From Nitrospirota bacterium (lineage in GTDB: Bacteria; Nitrospirota; UBA9217), in contig CAWIYV010000014.1 in the NCBI GenBank assembly GCA_963840455.1, positions 160,001-224,000 of the forward strand: a stretch of DNA of 64,000 nucleotides, read 5' to 3'. The notes under the pieces are model-generated. The model worked only from the letters and a program-made list of their open reading frames with translations, ran no database searches and was not told where the DNA came from. Positions 51,093-59,746 of this stretch are shown here, piece after piece (within the stretch, counting starts at the first letter, position 1; every line of letters begins with the position of its first letter). The position numbers and the translations under genes were made by a program.

Positions 51093-51875
51093 ATGTCTAT
51101 TCCCTCCACCCATATCCATACCTGCCCGAACTGCGGCACGACGATCGAGGAAAGCCGGTACGTGATGCGGCCGGACGGCACCTTCCGGTGCGAGCACTGC
51201 TACTTCAACAACACCTACCTCGAAGGCGTCGTACACTCCATCGATACCGCCTACCTGGTGACCCTTGAGGCATTCGTGAACGCCATCGATGCACACGAAC
51301 ACGAGGTGGGGAACCACTCGCTGCGGGTGACGGAGTTCTCGATGATCATCGGGAAGGCCTGCGACGTCCGGGGCAGGGACCTCGTGGACCTCTACTGCGG
51401 AGCGCTGCTCCACGACATCGGCAAGATCGGCGTACCCGACGCGGTCCTGCACAAGACCGGCCCGCTCGCGCCGGAGGAGCAGGACGCCATGCACCAACAT
51501 CCCGAGATCGGCTATCGCATCATCGGCCACATCGGTTACTTTGCGCGGGCTGCCGAGATCATCAGGACGCACCACGAGCATTACGATGGATCGGGATATC
51601 CCCGCGGGCTCAAGGGAGACGAGATCCCGCACGGGGCGCGGGTCTTCGCCATTGCCGACGTGCTCGACGCCTTGACCGTTAAAAGGCCGTACCGGGAGGC
51701 GCTCAGCTTCGAAGCTGCGCTGGAGGAGATCATCAGGGAATCGGGAACGATCTATGATCCGGCGGTGGTCCAGTCGGCGCTCAAAGCTTCGGCCGAGCTC
51801 AAGGACTATGTGGGGAGGATCGTTTTCAGCGGTATGGACCATGGACCGGAACGAACGACCGTTCTTGGCGAATAA
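51093..51875 (+). CDS. HD-GYP phosphodiesterase with N-terminal zinc ribbon
   Basis: CPNC...CEHC, HSLRV, LLHDIGKIG, HHEHYDGSGYP, RPYR. Confidence 0.9.
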   Translation: MSIPSTHIHTCPNCGTTIEESRYVMRPDGTFRCEHCYFNNTYLEGVVHSIDTAYLVTLEAFVNAIDAHEHEVGNHSLRVTEFSMIIGKACDVRGRDLVDLYCGALLHDIGKIGVPDAVLHKTGPLAPEEQDAMHQHPEIGYRIIGHIGYFARAAEIIRTHHEHYDGSGYPRGLKGDEIPHGARVFAIADVLDALTVKRPYREALSFEAALEEIIRESGTIYDPAVVQSALKASAELKDYVGRIVFSGMDHGPERTTVLGE

Positions 51876-51892
51876 GGCGGTCGCCGTACCTT

Positions 51893-52050
51893 AAAGGTCC
51901 CTGCAGCAAGCTGCAGGGTATCTGCGATCCTCAAGGTAGTAATAATGTACTCTCATCGCCCGCGAACCCCCTGCACTCGCGGTTCCACTCGTAAACGCTG
52001 GAGGCAAGACCCCGCACCAAGCTTCGGGGAATGCGCTCGTTCCTGGTTCA
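51893..52050 (-). mobile_element. Hairpin MITE copy (reverse orientation)
   Basis: ccctgcagcaagctgcaggg, gatcctcaagg, gcgctcgttcctggttca. Confidence 0.7.
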
Positions 52051-52162
52051 ACCAAGGGCGGTTCGCCGTGTCGCAGGGTCATGCGATTCGGGGCTGCGGG
52101 AGCAGAATGTGTACCCCGGTGTGCACTATCTATCATGAGGATTATGCAAAGGAGGAGTAGAC

Positions 52163-52582
52163 GTGGAAAAAACTGCCAGTATTTCAAAAGTATTTGCAAG
52201 AGGATGTATGTTGATGTTTGCTGGCCTTGTCATGGTAACGTGGGCCGGAGTAAGTGACGCGGCTCAAGCGCAGGGGCAGGGGCCCTGTGCTGACGATGTC
52301 GCGAAGTACTGCAAGGACGTCCAGCCCGGCGGCGGCCGGATCGTTCGCTGTCTGAAACAACATGAGAATGACCTGTCACCGGCCTGCAAACAGCATGCAG
52401 TAGAAGTGAAAAAGAAAGGGCAGGAGTTCCGCGCAGCCTGCGAGGACGACGTACTCAAGCTTTGCGGGGGCGTCAAGGTCGGCAGCGGCAGGATCATCAA
52501 CTGTCTGAAACAGCACGAGCAGGAACTGACGCCTGACTGCAGGGCACAGATGCAACAGAAGCGGGAGCCAAAGGCAAAATAA
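52163..52582 (+). CDS. Secreted cysteine-rich repeat protein
   Basis: Signal peptide; two CxxDVxxxC...G.GRI..CL..H...L.P.C repeats; GGAGGAG RBS. Confidence 0.85.
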   Translation: MEKTASISKVFARGCMLMFAGLVMVTWAGVSDAAQAQGQGPCADDVAKYCKDVQPGGGRIVRCLKQHENDLSPACKQHAVEVKKKGQEFRAACEDDVLKLCGGVKVGSGRIINCLKQHEQELTPDCRAQMQQKREPKAK

Positions 52583-52664
52583 AAGGATGGCCATGCCTGT
52601 CATTCCAATGGAACGGGCATAGGCTTCGTTTCCCCCGGGATGTATCATGATTCGTGCATGTCGC

Positions 52665-52716
52665 ACCTTCAACCTTGAATCTTAGACCTTGGCCTTTCAC
52701 CTTGAACGTTGAACCA
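52665..52716. repeat. Solo heptamer-like arm
   Basis: accttca-accttga-atcttag-accttgg-cctttc-accttga-acgttga. Confidence 0.6.
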
Positions 52717-52727
52717 GTAGTCACTCT

Positions 52728-53606
52728 ATGCCCCACCTCTGGATCGTCCTATCGCTCACCTCTGCGTTCTCCCTCGCGACCAGCGACGCCCTGACGAAGC
52801 GGATCATCACGCCGGGGAACGAACATGCCATCGCCTGGCTCCGCATCGTCTATTCGCTGCCGGTGCTCGGCGCGGCCATGCTGTTCTCCCCCATCCCGGC
52901 CCTCGACGGGGCGTTCTATGCGGCCTTCGGCACCGCCCTTCCCCTGGAGATCGCCGCAATACTGCTTTATTACAAGGCGCTCCGGGTGTCGCCGCTCAGC
53001 CTCTCCCTGCCGTTCCTGTCGTTCACGCCCGTGTTCCTCATGCTCTTCTCCCGGCTCATCATGGGCGAGGCCGTGTCGGCGTCCGGCGCCGCGGGCATCG
53101 CGCTCGTCGCCCTGGGCGGCTACAGCCTGAACCTGTCCGCTCTGCGGGAGGGCCCCCTGGGGCCGCTGAAGGCGGTGCTGCGGGAGCGAGGATCGCTGTA
53201 CATGCTGATCGTCGCCATGATCTACAGCGCCACCTCGGCGCTGGGGAAGCTTGCCATCACGCACTCATCGCCGGCTTTCTTCGGGGCTACGTACTATTTC
53301 GCGCTCGCTGTCTGTCTCCTGCCGGTCATCGCGTTCCGGCAGGGAGGACGGCAGTTCCTCCTCCAGCTTAAGGATACGGCGCGGGCCGCGCTTCTGCCCG
53401 GTGCCTTCGATGCGCTTCAGTCGGTCACCCATTTTTTTGCCGTGAGCATGGCCAACGTTGCCTACATGATCGCCATCAAGCGCCTGAGCCTCATCATCGG
53501 GAGCGGGTACGGGTTCCTGCTCTTCGGTGAACGGAACATCCGCGAGCGCCTGGTCGGCGCCCTGCTCATGTTCGCGGGGTTTGTCGTCATCGTCGTGTTC
53601 ACGTGA
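52728..53606 (+). CDS. EamA/DMT-family transporter
   Basis: About 10 TM helices in two repeats; ALRVSPLSLSLP, IAIKRLS. Confidence 0.88.
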   Translation: MPHLWIVLSLTSAFSLATSDALTKRIITPGNEHAIAWLRIVYSLPVLGAAMLFSPIPALDGAFYAAFGTALPLEIAAILLYYKALRVSPLSLSLPFLSFTPVFLMLFSRLIMGEAVSASGAAGIALVALGGYSLNLSALREGPLGPLKAVLRERGSLYMLIVAMIYSATSALGKLAITHSSPAFFGATYYFALAVCLLPVIAFRQGGRQFLLQLKDTARAALLPGAFDALQSVTHFFAVSMANVAYMIAIKRLSLIIGSGYGFLLFGERNIRERLVGALLMFAGFVVIVVFT

Positions 53607-53675
53607 CCCGGTCATTGACTTTGGAACGATTCTATGAGAAGGTCGTACACTGGATATCCCCGGAAGGAGCCTGCC

Positions 53676-54140
53676 ATGAAATGGATCACGCGCGAAAAGG
53701 TGAAGGTCGACCGGGTCGCCTGCCCCTGGCTCATCAGGAAGTTCGTGGACCGGGACGCGGAGCTCCTGTTCGTTCCCGTTGACCAGGTCGAGAGCGAGGC
53801 CCGGCGGACCGGCGCCATTCCTTATGACGTGCCCGGCGTCGAGCTGGGCCATGATGGTCAGCGGTGCTCATTCGAGGCGATCATCATGAAGTTCGGCCTT
53901 GGCGCCGACCCTGCGCTCGCGCTGCTTGCGCGGATCGTGAACGGCGCGGACACCGACAACAGCCTCTACCATCAGCCCGAAGGCCCCGGCCTGGCCGCCA
54001 TCGCAGAAGGGTTCCGGCATCTTGGGTTTGCGGACGACCATGCGGTCAACGCGGCCGAGTGGATCGTGTACGACGCTCTCTACGCCTATTGTCAGGAAAT
54101 GGTCAGGCAGAACAGGCCCCATGGCAAATATCAGGAATGA
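53676..54140 (+). CDS. ChrB C-terminal (chromate resistance) domain protein
   Basis: MKWITRE...DRVACPWLIRKFVD, CSFEAI, IVNGAD, YDALY; AAGGAG RBS. Confidence 0.88.
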   Translation: MKWITREKVKVDRVACPWLIRKFVDRDAELLFVPVDQVESEARRTGAIPYDVPGVELGHDGQRCSFEAIIMKFGLGADPALALLARIVNGADTDNSLYHQPEGPGLAAIAEGFRHLGFADDHAVNAAEWIVYDALYAYCQEMVRQNRPHGKYQE

Positions 54141-55332
54141 CGTCATTCTGCTCTTCGCAGCCCGGACCGTGAGGCTCTTCGCCTATGGCGGGTTGTCCGT
54201 CATCCTCGCCCTGTACCTGGAAGAGACGGGCATGTCGCGGGAGACGATCGGCCTCCTGTTCACGCTCACCCTGGCCGGTGACGCGGGGATCACGCTCTGG
54301 ATCACGACCACGGCGGACCGAGCAGGCAGGCGGCGGATGCTGCTGCTCGGATCCATGCTTATGGTTGCGGCCGGCTCCGTGTTCGCCTTCACCGGAAATC
54401 CCGCGCTCCTGATCGCTGCGGCGATCGTCGGCGTCATCAGCCCGAGCGGAAACGAGGTGGGGCCGTTCCTGTCCATTGAGCAGGCGTCGCTGTCGCAGCT
54501 GGTCCCGTCGGAAGCGCGGACGCGGGTCTTCGCCTGGTACAACCTGGCAGGCTCGCTCGCCGGCGCGGTCGGCGCGCTTGCAGGCGGCATGCTTGCCCAC
54601 GGCCTCCAGCATGCCGGGTTCACGGCACTCCATTCCTACCGCGCCGTGCTGCTCGGCTACGCCGGGAGCGGCCTGCTGCTCATGCTTCTCTTCACCCGGC
54701 TTTCCACCGATACCGAGGCCGGCGTGGCGGCGCCATCGGAGCGGCGCGTACTGGGGCTTCATCGGTCGAAGAGCGTCGTGCTGAAACTGAGCGCCCTGTT
54801 CGGCCTCGACGCCTTCGCCGGCGGGCTTGTGATCCAGAGCATGGTGGCCTACTGGTTCCATATCACGTTCGGCGCCGACGAGCAGATGCTCGGTGCGATC
54901 TTCTTCGGCGCCAACATACTGGCAGGCGCGTCGGCGCTGCTGGCCGCTAAGTTCGCCGCCCGGTTCGGCCTGATCAATACGATGGTCTTCTCTCACATTC
55001 CCTCGAACATCCTGCTCTGCCTCGTGCCCTTCATGCCGGGGCTGGGCTGGGCGATCTTCGTGCTGATGCTCCGCTTCAGCATCTCGCAGATGGACGTCCC
55101 CACCCGGCAGTCCTACACCATGGCCGTGGTTGCCCCGGACGAGCGTGCAGCTGCATCGGGCGTCACGACCATCGCCCGGTCCGTCGGCGCGTCGCTCTCG
55201 CCCGCGCTCGGCGGGATCCTCCTCGCGACACCGGGGCTCATGGCCGCGCCGTTCGTTGCGGCCGGCGGGATCAAGATCCTGTATGATCTGCTGCTGTACC
55301 GGAGCTTCCGGCACGCGGACAGGACGGGGTGA
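54121..55332 (+). CDS. MFS transporter
   Basis: ADRAGRRR MFS motif, about 12 TM helices, SQMDVPTRQSY. Confidence 0.9.
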   Translation: MANIRNDVILLFAARTVRLFAYGGLSVILALYLEETGMSRETIGLLFTLTLAGDAGITLWITTTADRAGRRRMLLLGSMLMVAAGSVFAFTGNPALLIAAAIVGVISPSGNEVGPFLSIEQASLSQLVPSEARTRVFAWYNLAGSLAGAVGALAGGMLAHGLQHAGFTALHSYRAVLLGYAGSGLLLMLLFTRLSTDTEAGVAAPSERRVLGLHRSKSVVLKLSALFGLDAFAGGLVIQSMVAYWFHITFGADEQMLGAIFFGANILAGASALLAAKFAARFGLINTMVFSHIPSNILLCLVPFMPGLGWAIFVLMLRFSISQMDVPTRQSYTMAVVAPDERAAASGVTTIARSVGASLSPALGGILLATPGLMAAPFVAAGGIKILYDLLLYRSFRHADRTG

Positions 55333-55334
55333 AG

Positions 55335-55892
55335 ATGACGAAAGAGCGGGCGCTCAAGAGGATTGCCGGGGAGATCACACGTTGCCGATCGTGCAAACAA
55401 GGCTGCTCCGGGGAGGCCGTGCCGGGGGAAGGGGACGCTGACGCCAGGGTCATGTTCATCGGCGAGGCGCCTGGGCGCGAGGAGGCGAAGACCGGAAGGC
55501 CATTCGTGGGGCGTTCGGGAAAGCTGCTGCGCCAGACGATCCGGGAGATCGGGCTCGCAGAGGAAGAGGTCTTCATCACCAGCCCGGTACACTATCTTCC
55601 GGACCAAGGCACGCCGTCGAAGGAGATGATCCGCCACGGCAGGGAGCATCTCTTCGCACAGCTTGCCATCATCGAGCCGGACATCATTGTGCTGCTGGGG
55701 AATACCGCCTGCGCGGCCCTCCTCGACACCAAGGTGGAGATAACGAAGAAGCACGGAACGATTGTTCGAAAGGACGACAGGACCTTTTTCATCACCGTTC
55801 ATCCCGCCTATGCCGTCCGCTTCACCAAGGGGAAGGAACTGCTCTTCCGCGACTTTGCCAGGCTGAAGCGGTTGATCAAGGCCCCGAGGTGA
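55335..55892 (+). CDS. Uracil-DNA glycosylase family 4
   Basis: CRSC, GEAPG, GRPFVGRSG, HPA. Confidence 0.9.
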   Translation: MTKERALKRIAGEITRCRSCKQGCSGEAVPGEGDADARVMFIGEAPGREEAKTGRPFVGRSGKLLRQTIREIGLAEEEVFITSPVHYLPDQGTPSKEMIRHGREHLFAQLAIIEPDIIVLLGNTACAALLDTKVEITKKHGTIVRKDDRTFFITVHPAYAVRFTKGKELLFRDFARLKRLIKAPR

Positions 55893-55970
55893 TGTCCCCG
55901 ATGCTCCGGCCCGGACTTGCAATGTATGATGAACGAGTTATGAGAGGGACCGTGAGGTGAGGAGGATGGC

Positions 55971-56381
55971 ATGAGCTTTCAGTGGACCGAAGACCTGAGC
56001 ACCGGCGTCGACGACATCGACGCCCAGCATAGGGAACTGATCCTGCATGTGAACACCCTGCTCGATGCCTGCAGTCATCAGAAGGGCAGGGACGACATCG
56101 GCAGGTTCCTCGACTATCTAAGCGAGTACGTTGCCTTCCATTTTGCTGCCGAAGAGCGGGATATGACGTATTATCACTATCCCGGCCTGGCCGCGCACGA
56201 GCAGGAGCACGAGCATTTCAAGAAAGTGGTCGGGGGTCTGAAACGCGAATTCGCCGAGCACGGGGCGGGCATCAGCGTGGTGCTGATGACGATGCGCGCG
56301 TCCTGCGACTGGCTGGTCAATCACATCAAAAAGACCGACAAGTCAATGGCGGCGTACCTGAAGGACCGGACCGGGAAATAG
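55971..56381 (+). CDS. Bacteriohemerythrin
   Basis: W...IDAQH, HFAAEE, HEQEH, WLVNHI...D. Confidence 0.93.
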   Translation: MSFQWTEDLSTGVDDIDAQHRELILHVNTLLDACSHQKGRDDIGRFLDYLSEYVAFHFAAEERDMTYYHYPGLAAHEQEHEHFKKVVGGLKREFAEHGAGISVVLMTMRASCDWLVNHIKKTDKSMAAYLKDRTGK

Positions 56382-56444
56382 CGAAGCTCCGACAGGGGAA
56401 GGCCGACGCGGGGCATGGCATGTGCCGCTTTGCCGTCACGGGGA

Positions 56445-56697
56445 AGTGAATCCAGGAGCGAGCGCTTAGCGAGCGATTAGAATAAACACTACCCTGAGGA
56501 TCGAAGCTCCATGCCTCTTGCAGCAGGGAGCTTAAATCCAGGAGCGAGCGAATGCCCCGCAGCTTGCTGCGGGGTAGCGAGCGATTAGTATGAAGAGTAC
56601 TGCCTTGAGGATCGAAGATTCCCTGCAGCGACTCGACTGAGTGTTCGACTGAGCTCACGCCGAAGTCTCGCCGAAGTCTTGCTGCAGGGAGCTTCAA
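56445..56697 (+). mobile_element. Two tandem hairpin MITE copies, the second with a nested insert
   Basis: aatccaggagcgagcg at about 56449 and 56535; ccccgcagcttgctgcgggg and ccctgcagc[insert]ttgctgcaggg hairpins. Confidence 0.8.
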
Positions 56698-56720
56698 CTC
56701 TTTTCGGGCAGGGGCGGACA

Positions 56721-57626
56721 TCACCGATCGCTCGGGAGCGTCACCGCCTTGAGCGCATTGAAGGGGCCGAAGGACCTTAGCCGCTGCAGCTGCAGCTCGT
56801 TCGCCACGTAGAAGGACCCGGCGAAGGCAAGGGCGTTCAGTGAGATATCCTCAAAATGCTCCCGGGAGCGGGGCACGAGGAGCATCCACTGGCGCGTGAC
56901 CAGCAGGCAGTACGGCATTGACTGGCGCGGAAGGATGGCTGCGCCGGGGGTGCCCATGCCGACGCTGCCGAGCATGGCGGCGTACAGATCGAACGATTCA
57001 AGAGCCGCCTCGCGGGGCTTTTCCAGCATATCGTACCGCAGCCGGACGAAGGAGTGGCGGAACGGAAGCACGGGGAGGGGGCCCGGGACGGACATCGGTC
57101 CCGATGCGTATAGCAGGGGTTCGATGGGTATCCGTGGGCGCTCGGGGGTCAGCGGGAGGGGAACGATCTGGAGGTGCTTGTGCGGCTGGCTCGCACCGGC
57201 TTCGCGCCCGCCGTTGTAGAAACCGAGCCCGTCATATTCCGCCATGCAGAGCCAGAGCGCCTCGAAGTCCCTGAGCGTGAGCAGTGTTTCCTGGTCCTCG
57301 AAGTGGCGGGTGACGATGAGCAGGTGGTGGTCCACCACGTTGTACTTGTTCAGGACCGCGATGTGCGTGTCCGTGACGTCCGCGACGGTGAGCTCCTTCT
57401 CGGGAGGGGAAAAGGGATTCGCGTTCCGGCCCGCTCCGGCATCCTTGTCCTGCTGAACGCGAGCGGCCGCCTTCTCTTCGAGGGTTTGGAGAACGCGGAC
57501 GAAGAACCGGACGCCGCCGTCCTCGATGAATACCTGGTTCGTGGGGAAGGAGCGGAGGGCGCCGCTCTTGAGTGCATGCTCCGTGGTCCTGAGCATCTGT
57601 TGCCAAAGGGTCCCTTTTTCCAGCAT
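56721..57626 (-). CDS. ATP adenylyltransferase / Ap4A phosphorylase
   Basis: NPF, LNKYNV, FYNGG..AGASQPHKHLQ, NALAFAG. Confidence 0.9.
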   Translation of the reverse strand: MLEKGTLWQQMLRTTEHALKSGALRSFPTNQVFIEDGGVRFFVRVLQTLEEKAAARVQQDKDAGAGRNANPFSPPEKELTVADVTDTHIAVLNKYNVVDHHLLIVTRHFEDQETLLTLRDFEALWLCMAEYDGLGFYNGGREAGASQPHKHLQIVPLPLTPERPRIPIEPLLYASGPMSVPGPLPVLPFRHSFVRLRYDMLEKPREAALESFDLYAAMLGSVGMGTPGAAILPRQSMPYCLLVTRQWMLLVPRSREHFEDISLNALAFAGSFYVANELQLQRLRSFGPFNALKAVTLPSDR

Positions 57627-57793
57627 GTGATTCTCCCTCGTTCCGGATTGGATTATAGCATATCGGCAGCGTGAAGAAAAATACGCAGGAAACCGCCGGG
57701 TCCAACCTATGACCTGGGTCATAGCGCATTCCGACGGCAATGCCTATCATGGAACTGCAGAGTGAAGCTGCGGACAAGAGAAGGAGGGATATC

Positions 57794-58015
57794 ATGAAAG
57801 AGCTGAACGTGACGATCATTGCCCCGCGGGAGCGGCACCCGCTCATCTTCAAGACCTTTGATGAGATGGAAAAGGGGGGCGCATTCGTACTGGTCAACGA
57901 CCACGACCCCAAGCCGCTGTACTATTCGTTCCTCCACGAGCGCGAGGGGCAGTTCGGATGGGACTATCTTGCCCAGGGGCCCGAGGAGTGGAGGGTCAGG
58001 ATCTCGAAGAAGTAA
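57794..58015 (+). CDS. DUF2249-domain protein
   Basis: PRERHPLIF, LVNDHDPKPLYY, GPEEWRV; AGGAGG RBS. Confidence 0.88.
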   Translation: MKELNVTIIAPRERHPLIFKTFDEMEKGGAFVLVNDHDPKPLYYSFLHEREGQFGWDYLAQGPEEWRVRISKK

Positions 58016-58073
58016 GTTTGTGTTACCATACTGCGAAGAGGTGAGATCCGGTCCGGGAGGGGGAAAACGGCCG

Positions 58074-58253
58074 ATGGTACCGAACATCGATTATGGGCTT
58101 TGTGAAGGGTGCGGCGGCTGCGCCGAGGCATTTCCCCAGTTCTTCGAGATGCGCGAAGAAAAGGCCTGGGTCATCAATGCTGAAAAGTTCGACGAGGCAC
58201 CGGACCAGGGCATCCTGTTGATCTGCCCCTATTACGCCATTTCGATCGAGTGA
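58074..58253 (+). CDS. Small ferredoxin
   Basis: CEGCGGC and distal CP; 59 aa. Confidence 0.8.
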   Translation: MVPNIDYGLCEGCGGCAEAFPQFFEMREEKAWVINAEKFDEAPDQGILLICPYYAISIE

Positions 58254-58307
58254 ATCCGCGCAATGCTGATGCGGGGGCTGTTCCGCTTGGATGCGAGGTG
58301 CGGGCCG

Positions 58308-59264
58308 TTATTGACCTTCCAAGGCCGCTTTTCCTACCGAATCATCCACGGAATCCCTGCTTTTCCCCCGCTTGACTTCCCAGAGCTTTTTCGCCAACTG
58401 TTCGATGTATTCCCGATTCTCGACCGTTTCCCGCCACTGTGAGGGGATCCCCTCGATGCCGTAGCAGGCGCCGGCTATGGCGCCGGTCATGGCCCCGATG
58501 GTGTCCGCATCGCCGCCGAGGCTCACGGCATAGATGACGGCGTTCCTGAAATCGCGTGTTGACAGGAATGCGTAGATGGCCGTCGGCACCGATTCCAGAG
58601 ACGACCCGCCGGTCCCGAGGTTCGCAACGACATCCTCCTTCGCCGGGTCCTCTGCCAGCAGCGTGACGACGGTCTTCAGCCTCTCCTGGTACGGGCCTGG
58701 CTTGGCGAACATCCGGAGCGTGCCGAGGTACTCGGTGATTTTGATATCCTGCGGGTCAGCGAGCACGGCAAGGGCAACGGAACAGGCCTGGAGGGCGGCA
58801 CCTTCGAGACCCAGCTCATGGCTGTGCGTGATGCCCGCGCAGTTATAGGCGATATCGCGGAGCATGCGGGGGTCATCAAAGTACATGAGCCCCACGGGCG
58901 CGATGCGCGTCGGAGCGCCGTTCCCGAAGGACCCCTCCGGGTAGATGTCCCGATCGATCATGCCGAATCCCAGTTTACCGTTCCGCATGAGGCGGAAGAC
59001 CCGGGAGAGCGTGTGCCCGTAACGCCGCCATGGTTCCTGTTCGTATTTCTTGAGGATCCGCTCCGCCATGTGCCAGTAGTGGAAATCTTTGTATTCGACG
59101 AGCGATTCGGCGACGGCGATGGTCATGGCAGTATCGTCGGTATAGCGGGGGGACAGGTCGGCGACCTCCACGTACTCCGAAGAGCCTGCGCGCCGCGCGC
59201 CGAGCGAATCGCCGACGGCCGTGCCGATGAGGCAGCCGATGAATTTTGAGAGTTTCCGGTCCAT
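58308..59264 (-). CDS. ADP-ribosylglycohydrolase family protein
   Basis: GDSLG, YTDDT, GNGA..RIAP, GGDADT. Confidence 0.92.
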   Translation of the reverse strand: MDRKLSKFIGCLIGTAVGDSLGARRAGSSEYVEVADLSPRYTDDTAMTIAVAESLVEYKDFHYWHMAERILKKYEQEPWRRYGHTLSRVFRLMRNGKLGFGMIDRDIYPEGSFGNGAPTRIAPVGLMYFDDPRMLRDIAYNCAGITHSHELGLEGAALQACSVALAVLADPQDIKITEYLGTLRMFAKPGPYQERLKTVVTLLAEDPAKEDVVANLGTGGSSLESVPTAIYAFLSTRDFRNAVIYAVSLGGDADTIGAMTGAIAGACYGIEGIPSQWRETVENREYIEQLAKKLWEVKRGKSRDSVDDSVGKAALEGQ

Positions 59265-59507
59265 GGGTGTCAGCGGTGTCCTGATGTGCGGGTACTGCGG
59301 TCCCGCATGAGAGCAGAGATAGCGATACACACTCGATATGATTGCCATTATAGCGGGGAAATCCTTCAGATGCAAGTTGTTGCAGCGGGATGTGTTGCAG
59401 CGGGACGAGGCAGGAGATCAGGATCCGACAACAAGTATTGAGACAGGTCAGACGCGGATCAACATCATGATAAAAGAGAAAAGCGGATACTATCCAAAAC
59501 TAAGCAT

Positions 59508-59622
59508 TGAAGCCCCCTGCAGCAAGCTGCTGGGAATCTTCGATCATCAAAATAGTTTCGTCATTCTGATCGCTCGCCAACCACGCAGAACTCCGCGGGG
59601 AATGCGCTCGCTCCCGGATTCA
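59508..59622 (-). mobile_element. Hairpin MITE copy (reverse) lying between GACACGGA-type arms
   Basis: ctgcagcaagctgc, cttcgatc, gcgctcgctcccggattca; flanked by gacgcggat...gcggata (59451-59489) and ttatccg...atccgtgtca (59661-59693). Confidence 0.65.
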
Positions 59623-59746
59623 CCTGCCGGCTAAACTGCCGGACGAGGGATAATTCGCTGTTATCCGACTCCTATCCTATTGTATCCGTGTCACATGCCG
59701 TATGGAGGATGGGTACAGCGGCCCGTCTCCGAGGAAGGCAGGTCCG

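Noticed and set aside
59378-59405. Direct repeat tgttgcagcggga x2 upstream of the ADP-ribosylglycohydrolase gene
   Set aside because: Only two copies; could be an operator or a local duplication, no further support
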